Shown in pieces: positions 40,762 through 50,395 of a DNA stretch of 64,000 nt (position 1 is the stretch's first letter; each line of letters starts with the position of its first letter). The notes under the pieces were generated by a model, which saw only the letters and a program-made list of their open reading frames with translations, made no database searches and was not told the origin of the DNA. The translations under genes were made by a program, and so were the position numbers. The stretch lies in NCBI GenBank assembly GCA_040752415.1, contig JBFMGU010000007.1:24993-88992 (forward strand). The letters are read 5' to 3'. This stretch comes from Myxococcota bacterium (GTDB taxonomy: Bacteria > Myxococcota > JACRCW01).

Positions 40762-41714
40762 GACGCCGCTCCTTCATCCCGGTACCCATGCCAGTCCACG
40801 AACAACGCGGTGATGCCGCAGGAGATGAGCGCCACCAGCGCCACCGCGTAGCCCAGGTTCGCCACGACGGAGAAACCCAGCGCGGCCCGTCCCTTGGCGA
40901 CGAGCGAGGCGCCATCGATGGGGCGCGTGCGTCCCTGGTAGGCGTAGAGGTGGTAGTCCGCCAGCGCCACCGCCGCGACGAGACCCGCGGTCACTCCGAC
41001 GAGCGCGGAGATGCCGGTGATGGCGGTGGGGATGAGGAAGGCGCCGCGGGGCAGGGGTGGAGGATTGAGCCGCAGCGCCACCTCCTCGGCCACGCCCCGA
41101 CGGAGACCGGGCTTCAGCGGCAGCTCGGGAAAGAGCTTCTCCACCGCCGGCCCGACGGAGGACAGGAACTCCTCACCGTTGCCCGCCTTGAGGCGCAGGT
41201 CCACCGCCGCCACCACGGTGCCCTCGCGCTCGTCGATGCGGCGCACCGTGAAGGTGTGCCCGTTGCTCAGTCGCCCCAGCCGTCCCACCACCAGCCCGTC
41301 GACACCGAGCAGCCCGGCGATGTCCGCGAGGCACGCATCCTGGCTGCACCCCGCGAGCTGCTTCTGCGCCTCCAGGTCCAGGATGGCCTTGAGCTCACTC
41401 ATGCCGATGACAACAACATGGCGCAGCTTGCGGATCTCCGAGACGAGGCTCTCGGTGACAATCCGCGCCACCCGCGGGGAGACACCGTCGGGAGTGAGGT
41501 CATTGACGGCAATGCGCAGCGGCCGCGTGGCGCCGTGTTGCTCCGGCGTGGCGGGAGCGGCTTCCGCGGTGGTGGGCGCGGCGGGTGTTGGCGGCGCGGC
41601 CTCCGAGGTGGCGGGCGGCGGAACCGCGTCTTGCGCGCGTACCGTGGTGGCACAGAGGGTCAGGATGCCCAGCACGCACCCGGCAACCCGCAGGCTCTTG
41701 CGACCGTGACTCAC
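40758..41714 (-). CDS. Exported/membrane hypothetical protein (TolB-N-like domain plus C-terminal hydrophobic helices)
   Basis: Signal peptide; C...CLADIAG.LGVD..VVGRLG; its stop overlaps the next start (GTGA). Confidence 0.8.
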   Translation of the reverse strand: MSHGRKSLRVAGCVLGILTLCATTVRAQDAVPPPATSEAAPPTPAAPTTAEAAPATPEQHGATRPLRIAVNDLTPDGVSPRVARIVTESLVSEIRKLRHVVVIGMSELKAILDLEAQKQLAGCSQDACLADIAGLLGVDGLVVGRLGRLSNGHTFTVRRIDEREGTVVAAVDLRLKAGNGEEFLSSVGPAVEKLFPELPLKPGLRRGVAEEVALRLNPPPLPRGAFLIPTAITGISALVGVTAGLVAAVALADYHLYAYQGRTRPIDGASLVAKGRAALGFSVVANLGYAVALVALISCGITALFVDWHGYRDEGAAS

Positions 41715-41731
41715 GACGCCTCCTGGATTCC

Positions 41732-43027
41732 TCAACTGAAGCAGTACCCGGCCACCTGGCACTTGGTGTCCCCGCAATCCGTCGAGCCGTTGCCGTCGTT
41801 GTCGATGCCATCCTGGCAGGAGCTCTTGTTGCCCTGGACCTCACCGCGCTCGGGCGGACGACACTCGATGGTGTAGCGGCAATCGCGGTCCTCGCAGTCC
41901 GTGGTGCCGTCGAAGTCGTTGTCCTCGGTGTCGGAGCAGTTCTCGCAGCCGGCGGTCTGCTGACAGACCGGATCCTCGCAGTCGATGAGCCCGTCGTCAT
42001 CGTCGTCGCTGGCGTTGTCACAGATCTCCCCGCAGGTGGGGTCGGCGGCGCAGTCCACGTCCAGGCAGTCGGTGAGCAGGTCCACGTCGTCGTCGACGCC
42101 GTTGCCGCACTCCTCGGGGAGCACCTCACCAATCTGCAGCGTGAAATCCCCGCCGCTACCCCGGGTGTCCACCACGATGTTCAACGCCTCCCCCTGCTGG
42201 ACCACCAGCAACACGCGTGAAAGGGTACCGAAGCTCGGGTTGTCGTCGTTGCAGCCACGCGGCTCCGCGGTGCAGCACGGGAAGACCTCCACCACGGGGT
42301 CAATGGTCGCCTGCGTGATGGCGAACGCGTAGGGCGCGGTCCGCGGCGCCACCCAGGAGTAGGTGACGTCCTCGCCGGCCTCGAAGGTGCAGGTGGGCTG
42401 CATGTCGTCGTTGGCGCCCAGTGTGGTGCCGGTGATGAGCTGCGGGCCGCTGGCCAGGTGCTCCTCCACGGTGCGGATCACGCCCACGGCATTGTCGTTG
42501 TCATTGCAGTCCGCGCCGTTGCCCACGTAGCCCTCGGGCGCGGTGCACTCCGCGGTGGCTTCGGCGGGGTTGCCGAGTCCGTCGCTGTCGGAGTCGCGGT
42601 ACCACAGCGCGGGCTCCGCGCATCCGCTGCTGGATGAGCTGGAGCTGGTGGAGGAACTGGCCGACGACGACGTGGAGCTGGCCGCGCTGGAGCTGGAGGA
42701 GCTGGTGCCGGTGGCGGACGACGACGAGCTGGCCGGCGACCCGGACGACGACGAGGAGGACGATGACGATGACGACGATGACGACGAGGGTGAAGACGAC
42801 GAGGACGAGCCCGTGCTCCCACTGGACGACGTCGACGCGCTGCTGGTGCTCCCGCCGCTCCCCGACGACGAACTGCTGGAGGTGGAAGACGCGGACGAAG
42901 AGCTGGTGCTGCTGGACGTCGTGGACGCGTCGCTGGTTCCTCCCGTCCCTTGCGTGCAACCCACCAGGCACGCCGCCATCACCCACCAGTTTCCTATTTG
43001 CACCAACGCACGGCGTTCCCTGCGCAT
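41732..43027 (-). CDS. Lipoprotein with poly-Ser linker, MopE-like and Cys/Asp-rich Ca-binding repeats
   Basis: Lipobox LVGC; WYRDSDSDGLG; four CxNxxDDDxDGxxDCxDxxC repeats. Confidence 0.85.
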   Translation of the reverse strand: MRRERRALVQIGNWWVMAACLVGCTQGTGGTSDASTTSSSTSSSSASSTSSSSSSGSGGSTSSASTSSSGSTGSSSSSSPSSSSSSSSSSSSSSSGSPASSSSSATGTSSSSSSAASSTSSSASSSTSSSSSSSGCAEPALWYRDSDSDGLGNPAEATAECTAPEGYVGNGADCNDNDNAVGVIRTVEEHLASGPQLITGTTLGANDDMQPTCTFEAGEDVTYSWVAPRTAPYAFAITQATIDPVVEVFPCCTAEPRGCNDDNPSFGTLSRVLLVVQQGEALNIVVDTRGSGGDFTLQIGEVLPEECGNGVDDDVDLLTDCLDVDCAADPTCGEICDNASDDDDDGLIDCEDPVCQQTAGCENCSDTEDNDFDGTTDCEDRDCRYTIECRPPERGEVQGNKSSCQDGIDNDGNGSTDCGDTKCQVAGYCFS

Positions 43028-43228
43028 GACCTCGCCTCCGACCTTGGAAGAGCCCCATTCCCAGCATGCCAGACCTTGGCCTTCGTGCAATGCATCACAC
43101 CGGTCCGCGCCGCGCGCCCGTGGTCGTAGGTGGAGGGGAACCGCGCCGCCGTTCATCGAACCGTCGTCGAGCGAGCGGGTGAGCGCGGTCACAAGCTCCC
43201 GACGACGCAAGCTGAGGCGAACGGGCGT

Positions 43229-43987
43229 TTACAGCCAGGAGCGCCGGATGAACTCCGCGGTCATGAGCCACGCCACCACGACGACGAAATGCTTCACCCG
43301 CACCGGGTTGAGTCTCCGCGCCAGCCGCGCACCGGCGTAGCCACCCGCCACCGCACCCAGCATCATGACCAGCGCGGGCTGCCAGACCACCGCTCCCACG
43401 ACGACAAAGACCACCACCCCCACGCCGTTGTGCACCGCGGCCAGCACGGACTTGAACGCGTTCATGTGGTGGATGTCGCCCACGTGCGCGAAGGTGAGCA
43501 GCGCGAGCATCATGAAGCCCTGCCCGCCGCCGAAGTAGCCGCCGTAGACGGCAATGACGAGCTGGATGGCGCACAACGTGGTCAGCGACATCCGCGGGGC
43601 GCCGCGCGAGGACAACCGCCGCTGCCACGCGCTCCCGAAGGTGAACACCACGGAGGCCACCAGCATGAGCGCGGGCACCAGCTTGAGGAAGATGCGGGAG
43701 GGCGTGGTGACCAGCAGGATGGCGCCCGCCGTCGAGCCCACCAGGCTCACGGTGAGCAGCGTGAGGAAGAGCCGCCGGTCGGAGCGCAGCTCATGCCGGT
43801 AGGCCACCGCGCTGGCGACGGAGCCCGGCCACAACGCGGTGTTGCTGGTGGCGTTGGCGGGCACCGAGGGCATGCCGGTGAAGATGAGCGCGGGGAAGGT
43901 GAAGAAGCTCCCGCCGCCCGCCACCGAGTTGATGGCGCCACCCAGGACCGCGGTGAGTCCCAGGAGGAGCAGCTCCGTCGTTGTCAC
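43229..43987 (-). CDS. TauE/SafE sulfite exporter family
   Basis: INSVAGGGS.FTFPAL, ANAT, YGGYFGGG.G. Confidence 0.93.
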   Translation of the reverse strand: MTTTELLLLGLTAVLGGAINSVAGGGSFFTFPALIFTGMPSVPANATSNTALWPGSVASAVAYRHELRSDRRLFLTLLTVSLVGSTAGAILLVTTPSRIFLKLVPALMLVASVVFTFGSAWQRRLSSRGAPRMSLTTLCAIQLVIAVYGGYFGGGQGFMMLALLTFAHVGDIHHMNAFKSVLAAVHNGVGVVVFVVVGAVVWQPALVMMLGAVAGGYAGARLARRLNPVRVKHFVVVVAWLMTAEFIRRSWL

Positions 43988-43988
43988 G

Positions 43989-44447
43989 TCACGGCGCGGC
44001 GGGGGCCGGGGCGTCCAGCTTCTTGAGGTCCGCGCAGTAGGTGGTGGGCGGCGGCGGGTTCTTGGGCGGCTTGCCCGGCGCGTTGGGATTCACGAAGACG
44101 AACGGAAAGCTCTCCCGCACCGGCGCCTGCGCGGGCGGCTCGAACTTGATGCGACGCATGAGCAGCGCGGCGCAACACCCCACCTCCGGGTCCGCGATGT
44201 TGTCCTGCTCCACCTTGGAGCGCGTGACCCGCCCGTCGGCGCCCACCTCGAACCCGATCACCACTTTTCCCTCGAGATGACCCTTGCGCTTGAGCGCGTC
44301 GTCGAAACACAGCTTGAAGCTGGGCATGCGCTTCTTCACCGTGTTGATGATGGCCTGGTTGGCCTCCGCCGACGCCGCGGGCTCCACACCGACGAGCAGC
44401 GGAGCAAGGATGAAGAGGAGCGTGGTGGGGAGCTTGGCAATGCGCAT
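43989..44447 (-). CDS. AgmX/PglI (TonB-C-like) domain protein
   Basis: Signal peptide; FKLCFDDAL...LEGKVVIGFEV..DG.V; C; FPFVF. Confidence 0.8.
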   Translation of the reverse strand: MRIAKLPTTLLFILAPLLVGVEPAASAEANQAIINTVKKRMPSFKLCFDDALKRKGHLEGKVVIGFEVGADGRVTRSKVEQDNIADPEVGCCAALLMRRIKFEPPAQAPVRESFPFVFVNPNAPGKPPKNPPPPTTYCADLKKLDAPAPAAP

Positions 44448-44525
44448 GGAGGACCCTTCCGGTGACGTCTCGTCATGATGACGGGTGCCCCGCCGGGGGT
44501 CCAGTCGACGCGTGGCGTCGTCGGG

Positions 44526-45926
44526 TCACAGCTCACCCCACTTCTCCAGCAGCTTGCGCAGCTCACCGCCACCATCGAGCAAGCCGTGCCGCACCAGCGC
44601 CGCCCGCAGCGCCGCGGAGACGTCGCCCGCCGCGGGAAAGCGCCTCCCAAGGTCCCGTTCCAGACAGCGATGCAACACGCTGGCGATGTCCGCGGGGATG
44701 CCGGGGCGCACGTCGGTGACCGGCGGGATGGGGCCCACCAGCACGTTCTTGATGGTCTGCACGTCGCTGTTGGCGCGGAACAGGCGCTGACCGGTGAGCA
44801 GCTCATGGAACACGATGCCCGCCGCGAAGATGTCCGTGCGCCGGTCGATGGCGTCTCCGCGCAGCTGCTCCGGGCTCATGTAGCCGGTCTTGCCCTTCAC
44901 CACGCCGTGTGCGGTCACCTGCATGTTGGTGGCGGCCTTGGCGATGCCGAAGTCGATGAGCTTGATGGCGCCGCCGTCGCTGATGAGGATGTTGGTGGGG
45001 GAGACGTCGCGGTGGATGATGTTGAGCGGCTTGTGGTCCGGCCCGGTCCGACGGTGCGCGTGGTCCAATCCCTCGCACACCTGCTCGATGATGAAGCACA
45101 CCACCGAGAGCGGCAGCAGCTCACCGGCGCGCGCGGCGGCGTGGAAGAGCCATTCCACGTCGCGGCCGGGGATGTACTCCATGGCCATGAAGTAGGTGTC
45201 TTCATCCATCCCCAGCTCGTAGATCTGGGCGATGTTGGCGTGGCTGAGCTGCACGGTGAGCTTGGCCTCGTCGATGAACATCTGCACGAAGCGCGGCTGC
45301 GAGGCGAGGTGCGGGAGGATGCACTTGATGGCCACGTACTTCTCGAAGCCCTCCACGCCCTGTGTCTTGGCCAGGAACACCTCCGCCATGCCGCCCAGCT
45401 TGAGACGCTTGAGCAAGGTGTAGTCACCGCAACGTCCCACGCCCTCCTCACGCGGCGCGGCTGTCCGAGGGGACAGGTCCGCACGTCGGGGCGCGGGGAG
45501 GACGGGTGAGGGCTCCGCCACGGTGGGCAGGCTGCCAAAGCGTGCCGCCACGGTGGGAATGCGCGGCGCGGCGGGGAGGGGCGGAAGCTCCACGGGCGCG
45601 GGCGCGTCCGGGTTGGTGGTGGCGGCCTGCACCTGCGTGGTGGGCTCGGCGTCTACTTCTTCGTCGTCAGCGAGCACGCCGACGTCGGTGTCCGGCGGTT
45701 GCACCAGCGTCTCCGGCGAGCCGAAGGAGATGCGCTCCACCTCGGTGTGCGGGTCCCCGAAGCGGTCGGCGGTGGTGTCGTGCGGCGGCGACTGCGCAAG
45801 CTGACGACGTGCCTCCTGCAACGTGCGGCTCGGTGCCAGCCCGTCGGGCAGGGTGGTGCCGGCGTCGTCGGGGTCGCGGGGGGCCCTGGGGGTCCCGGCC
45901 TGGTGCGGCTGCTTGCGACCGTTCAT
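44526..45926 (-). CDS. Ser/Thr protein kinase with disordered N-terminus
   Basis: GGMAEVF, VAIK, HRDVSPTN, DFG, GKTGYMSPEQ. Confidence 0.95.
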   Translation of the reverse strand: MNGRKQPHQAGTPRAPRDPDDAGTTLPDGLAPSRTLQEARRQLAQSPPHDTTADRFGDPHTEVERISFGSPETLVQPPDTDVGVLADDEEVDAEPTTQVQAATTNPDAPAPVELPPLPAAPRIPTVAARFGSLPTVAEPSPVLPAPRRADLSPRTAAPREEGVGRCGDYTLLKRLKLGGMAEVFLAKTQGVEGFEKYVAIKCILPHLASQPRFVQMFIDEAKLTVQLSHANIAQIYELGMDEDTYFMAMEYIPGRDVEWLFHAAARAGELLPLSVVCFIIEQVCEGLDHAHRRTGPDHKPLNIIHRDVSPTNILISDGGAIKLIDFGIAKAATNMQVTAHGVVKGKTGYMSPEQLRGDAIDRRTDIFAAGIVFHELLTGQRLFRANSDVQTIKNVLVGPIPPVTDVRPGIPADIASVLHRCLERDLGRRFPAAGDVSAALRAALVRHGLLDGGGELRKLLEKWGEL

Positions 45927-45976
45927 GGCCTGAAGCGCACTGCCCCGGGCGGGCCCCTGTCAAGGTGCAGCTGCGC

Positions 45977-47914
45977 CTACAGCGTCTGCATGTACGCCAC
46001 CAGGTCGGCGACGTCGTCGGGAGTCAGGTTGGTGACGTTGCCATGCTGCCATCCGCCGCACGAGGGGCCAAAGCGGTCGGTCAGGGTCGGGGCGCACCCG
46101 TTGTGCATCAGCGGAGTGCGCCACGCCACGCCGCGCAGGGAGGGAACCTGGAACCTCCCGCCGGTGCCCACGTCGCGGTTGGTGTTGTCGGTGGCCATGG
46201 CACCCTCGTGGCAGTCGGCGCAGTCCACCTGGGGATCCTCGAACAGGAGGCGACCGCGCGCCGCGGCGTCGTCGTCAATGCCCGCGGGTCGCGGCAGCGC
46301 GGGCAGGCGCCCCAGCCAGCTTCCCAGCGCGTCCACCTGCTGCGACGACAGCTCCGTCCCGCTCATCCGTCCCATGAACACCTCCGCGACGAGGTGCGAG
46401 AAGTCCGACATGTCACCGACCCAGTGGAAGGGCGCGGTATCCAGGATTCCCCCGACGAGAACCTGGGTGCGGCGCAGGCCCATGCCGTCAAACTCCCAGA
46501 CCCGCGCATCATCGCGGCCCTCGGGATGACACGAAGCGCACGAGATGCCCGCGCCGGAGTTGGAGTGGAAGATGGTGTGGCCGGTGTCCGCCACGCTGTC
46601 GACGGAGAGCGGAATGATGGTGCTGGGGTTGCCCACGAAGATCGCGGCGGGCTCACGCGTCTGCGCCACCAGGCCCCCGTTGCCGTCGAAGGCCACCGCG
46701 ATCACCTGGCCGCCGCCGGGAGGCATGCCGGTGGAGGGAGGATCCGAGCACACGGTCTGGGTAAAGCGCGACCGCGGCCCGACGGCGAGGCTGGGCGCGC
46801 CCGCGACCATGGCGTTGCCAGGTCCACCCACGGCGACGGTGCTGGCGTCGCGGGAGACGGCCAGGTCCACGGGAAGGACCACGCCTCCCTGGAAGGGCGG
46901 GTTGGGAATGGTCACCGCGCCACGACGGACGTGCACCACCGCGGACGCCACGATGGTGGGAGGATCCTGGCAGGGGTCCTCGGTGACACCGCCGTAGCCG
47001 CCCGGCGCGGGGGCCACCGTGTTGAGCACCGAGAGCTGGTGGAGCACGAGCACACCGTCGAGAGCGGGCGTGCCCGCCATGCGCCAGGCCACGCGCGGCA
47101 CCCGGATGCGGCTTGGCCCACCCGCGCTGGAGGACGACGCCGACGACCCCATTCCCTGCGGTTGGCTGTGCAGCTCCGGCAGGACCAGGCGGTCCTCCAC
47201 CACGCGCGTGTCCGGGTTGAACACCAGGATCCCCGCGGTGCGGAACAGGCTGATGTAGACGCCGTCACCGGTCACCACGACGTCACGGAGGTCCAACTCG
47301 AGCAGCTGGGTCCAGACCGCGTCCCCGCCCTGCTCGGGCAGCGCCACCAGCTCACCGGTGGCACAGGCCACGTACACGAGGTGACGGACCGGGTCGGAGG
47401 CCAGGCCGCGCGGTGCCTCACACACGCTGCGCCGGTCCACGATGGTCCCGCTGACGGGGTTGATGGTGACCACCGCGCCACCCCGACGAAGCGCCACGTG
47501 GACCTGCCCCACCGAGTCCTCCATCAGGCGACCCGGCTCGTCGGAGGGGCGCAAGGGAATGATGGTGTGGAGCTGCTGGCTGGCCAGGTCCACGACGTAG
47601 ATGCGGTCGCGGTCCGGGTCGGAGGCCACCGCGGTGACACCGTCCTGCAGCACGACCAGGGTGCCGCCGCTGATGGGAGGCGGGGCATGGGCCTGGGTGA
47701 CGGTGGGACCGAAGTCCGGCTGGCCCCGGAGAACTTCGCCGCCCGACGACGACGCGGAGCTGGTGGAGGACGTGCTGCCCGTGGAAGCTTCCGAGACATC
47801 ACCGCGCGGGAGGTCGTCGTCGACGGTGCCGCCTTCCTCCGGGGGCTCGCAGGCCAGGACCGTCAAGCCGAAGAAGAACGAAGCGCCGACGCAGCGACGG
47901 ATGATTCGCGACAT
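45977..47914 (-). CDS. Lipoprotein: beta-propeller plus di-heme cytochrome c (peroxidase-like)
   Basis: Lipobox VLAC; CASCH and CADCH; TAPFHW.G, VPSLRG...P.MH.G. Confidence 0.88.
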   Translation of the reverse strand: MSRIIRRCVGASFFFGLTVLACEPPEEGGTVDDDLPRGDVSEASTGSTSSTSSASSSGGEVLRGQPDFGPTVTQAHAPPPISGGTLVVLQDGVTAVASDPDRDRIYVVDLASQQLHTIIPLRPSDEPGRLMEDSVGQVHVALRRGGAVVTINPVSGTIVDRRSVCEAPRGLASDPVRHLVYVACATGELVALPEQGGDAVWTQLLELDLRDVVVTGDGVYISLFRTAGILVFNPDTRVVEDRLVLPELHSQPQGMGSSASSSSAGGPSRIRVPRVAWRMAGTPALDGVLVLHQLSVLNTVAPAPGGYGGVTEDPCQDPPTIVASAVVHVRRGAVTIPNPPFQGGVVLPVDLAVSRDASTVAVGGPGNAMVAGAPSLAVGPRSRFTQTVCSDPPSTGMPPGGGQVIAVAFDGNGGLVAQTREPAAIFVGNPSTIIPLSVDSVADTGHTIFHSNSGAGISCASCHPEGRDDARVWEFDGMGLRRTQVLVGGILDTAPFHWVGDMSDFSHLVAEVFMGRMSGTELSSQQVDALGSWLGRLPALPRPAGIDDDAAARGRLLFEDPQVDCADCHEGAMATDNTNRDVGTGGRFQVPSLRGVAWRTPLMHNGCAPTLTDRFGPSCGGWQHGNVTNLTPDDVADLVAYMQTL

Positions 47915-48051
47915 GTGGGGTCTCCCTGAGTCGGATGATACCCACCGCTTAGCGATTGTCACTGGCCGGACGAAGGACACCGGCATCACGCACCGCGCCA
48001 TCCGTCCGGCGGTGTGCGGAACCATCCCGCCGGTGTTGTTGTCCAGACTCC

Positions 48052-48516
48052 ATGCCAAGCCCCTCCCCGCGGCGTCGCTGGCGCCGTGACGACGAGAACC
48101 TGGGCGAGCTCAACGTGGTGCCCTACCTGGACATCGTCACCAACCTGGTGATGTTCATGCTGCAAGTGGTGACGGTGGCCATGACGTTGGGGGAGGTGCG
48201 GGTGGAAGCGCCCACGGTGGGAACCGGCCCCACGCCGGAGATCCCGCCCATCACCGTGGTGGTGGGGCACGGCGGATACACGGTGGCGGGCGAGCACGCG
48301 GTCCTCCTGCAGCCTCCGGGCGGATCCACGGTGCCGCGGGTGGAGGGCGCGTTGGACGGCGCCGCGCTGCGGGCCACGCTGCAGAAGGCGCGCGCCCTGA
48401 CGCCAACGAGCCGGGTGGTGCTGGTGCCGGAGGACAACATCCCCGTCTCGGAGCTGGTGACGACGATGGACGACGTGCGCGGCGTCTTCCCCGACATCGC
48501 CTTCGGCGGGATCTGA
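48052..48516 (+). CDS. ExbD/TolR family protein
   Basis: ELNVVPYLDIVTNLVMFML; LV.TMD.VR..FPD. Confidence 0.88.
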   Translation: MPSPSPRRRWRRDDENLGELNVVPYLDIVTNLVMFMLQVVTVAMTLGEVRVEAPTVGTGPTPEIPPITVVVGHGGYTVAGEHAVLLQPPGGSTVPRVEGALDGAALRATLQKARALTPTSRVVLVPEDNIPVSELVTTMDDVRGVFPDIAFGGI

Positions 48517-48639
48517 AGCGCGCGGAGTGTGACAGCGCGGCATCCGTCCGGTGTCCGTGGGACGTCGTCGCTTCGGACGAACGCCGTCGTGGAGGCGTGC
48601 CGGGATGGTGGCACTGTGGCGCGGAACGAAGGAGCGCGC

Positions 48640-49551
48640 ATGCAGACCGGGAGTCCCGTGGTGGTGATGGATGAGACCGTGCCCTGGGAGTTGAGCGACC
48701 AGGTGAGGGAGGCGTTTGCCGAGGCGGGCCGCACCTTGCGCGTGCTGGTGGATGCCGATGCCGAGGAGATCGCGCAGCTGGACGCACGGCTGCACGCCGT
48801 GAGCGGGACCATGGATGAGACGGTCCACCGCGCCCTGCGCCAGCTCAGTGCCCGCCGCAACCACCGCGCCGAGCTGCTGCGCATGCTGGAGAGCGTGCGG
48901 GATGCTCTGATCGCGGCGGCGGAGACGCAGCAGGCCTTCGTGGAGAAGCTGCGCGCGCATGACGAGGGACTGCGCACCTCCCACCGCCTGGAGCGCGAGG
49001 AGATTGCCACCCTGAACGAGGAGCTGGCGTTGATGGGAACGCGCGTGGAGGAGCTGGAGGCGCGCGTCACCGACGCCGAGCGGGAGCGCGCCGAGACCCA
49101 GGAGCTGGTGGTGCGCCTCACCGAGACCGCGGGCCGCTTGGGCACCGAGCTCTCCGAGGTCCAGGGCGCGCTCGACGAGGAACGCACCCGCTCCGAGCAC
49201 AACGCGCAGGAGCACGCCCGGCAGATCAAGGAGATGCGCGCGCAGCAGCGGTCCACGGAGGAACGTCTGCGCCACGTCAAGGAACAGCTGGAGGACCGCT
49301 CCCGCGTGCTCAACCAGATGGCCCAGCTCCTCGGCGCCGCCGCCGGTGACGACGAGGACCTCTCCTACACCGAGGATTCCGACGACGCCGCGGTGCCCGC
49401 CGCCGACGTCATCCGGCCCGCATTGAAGGTCGAATCCGGTGCCCGCCTGCCCGCGCGCGCCATCCTGCTGCACGACGAGCCGCTCCCCACCGGCCCGGGT
49501 GACGACGACACCGCGGAGCACACCAGCCCCGGCGACGTGGTGGCGCACTGA
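48640..49551 (+). CDS. Coiled-coil hypothetical protein
   Basis: AGGAG SD; long E/R/L heptad region; acidic tail. Confidence 0.8.
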   Translation: MQTGSPVVVMDETVPWELSDQVREAFAEAGRTLRVLVDADAEEIAQLDARLHAVSGTMDETVHRALRQLSARRNHRAELLRMLESVRDALIAAAETQQAFVEKLRAHDEGLRTSHRLEREEIATLNEELALMGTRVEELEARVTDAERERAETQELVVRLTETAGRLGTELSEVQGALDEERTRSEHNAQEHARQIKEMRAQQRSTEERLRHVKEQLEDRSRVLNQMAQLLGAAAGDDEDLSYTEDSDDAAVPAADVIRPALKVESGARLPARAILLHDEPLPTGPGDDDTAEHTSPGDVVAH

Positions 49552-49554
49552 GGG

Positions 49555-50331
49555 CTATTCATCCAGCACGTCGGAGCGACGGGGGAACTGCTTGCGCAGC
49601 ACCAGCGCGCCCCAGGTGAGGGCCAGCGCCATGGTGGTCCAGCCCCCGACGGCAAACGCGTTCGCCAGCTGATCGTCGCGTTTGAGCCAGCCCAGCAGGC
49701 GCAGGATGTTGTGCCAGTCGTGGCGTTCGGCGCGCGCGTCAATGGCGTCGTCGCTCCACTCCCCAATCAGCGGCAGGCTCATCAGTCGCGCGTCGCCCAC
49801 GTAGGGCGCCAGGTCCAGCAGGTTCTGCCCCAGCCACCACAGGCACGCGGCGGCGGCAAAGGGATTGCGTCGCCACAGGAAGGAGCCCGCGCACAGGAGC
49901 GGCACCAGGCACTGCATCAGGCTCCCGCCCAGGAACATCATGAGCTGGCCAAATGGCGCGAAGAAGATGTGCCCCGCCTCGTGGAACACCAGGTCCACGC
50001 GGTGCAGGAAGGACTCCATGATGTCCGCCCGCTTCCACGACGTGCCGAGGAACCACCCGCTCCATCCCAACAGCACCGTCCACGTGGCCAGGCGCGCCCA
50101 GAAGTTCAGCGCGTTGATGTGCGGTGGCACCCACAGGAAGAGCTCCATCACGCCGTGCGGCTCGGTCTGCGGCTCCGACGGGGGAGCCTCGATCATCTCG
50201 GGCGGCGGCGGCTCGCGCTCGGCTTGTTGTGCCTGGCGCTGCAGGAACCGGTGGAACACCACGCCGCAGCGCGCGCATTCCACGGCGCCGCCCACGTTCC
50301 CGTTGTGACCACACCGCGGACAGGGATTCAT
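49555..50331 (-). CDS. Zinc-ribbon membrane protein with HExxH (M50-like)
   Basis: CPRCG...CARCG; FHEAGH, GGSL.Q, HDW..IL. Confidence 0.82.
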   Translation of the reverse strand: MNPCPRCGHNGNVGGAVECARCGVVFHRFLQRQAQQAEREPPPPEMIEAPPSEPQTEPHGVMELFLWVPPHINALNFWARLATWTVLLGWSGWFLGTSWKRADIMESFLHRVDLVFHEAGHIFFAPFGQLMMFLGGSLMQCLVPLLCAGSFLWRRNPFAAAACLWWLGQNLLDLAPYVGDARLMSLPLIGEWSDDAIDARAERHDWHNILRLLGWLKRDDQLANAFAVGGWTTMALALTWGALVLRKQFPRRSDVLDE

Positions 50332-50395
50332 CGCGCCACCTATAGCACCGGGGAAACCTCGTCGACGAAGCGGCTGCGCGTGTAGGATGCGAAGC

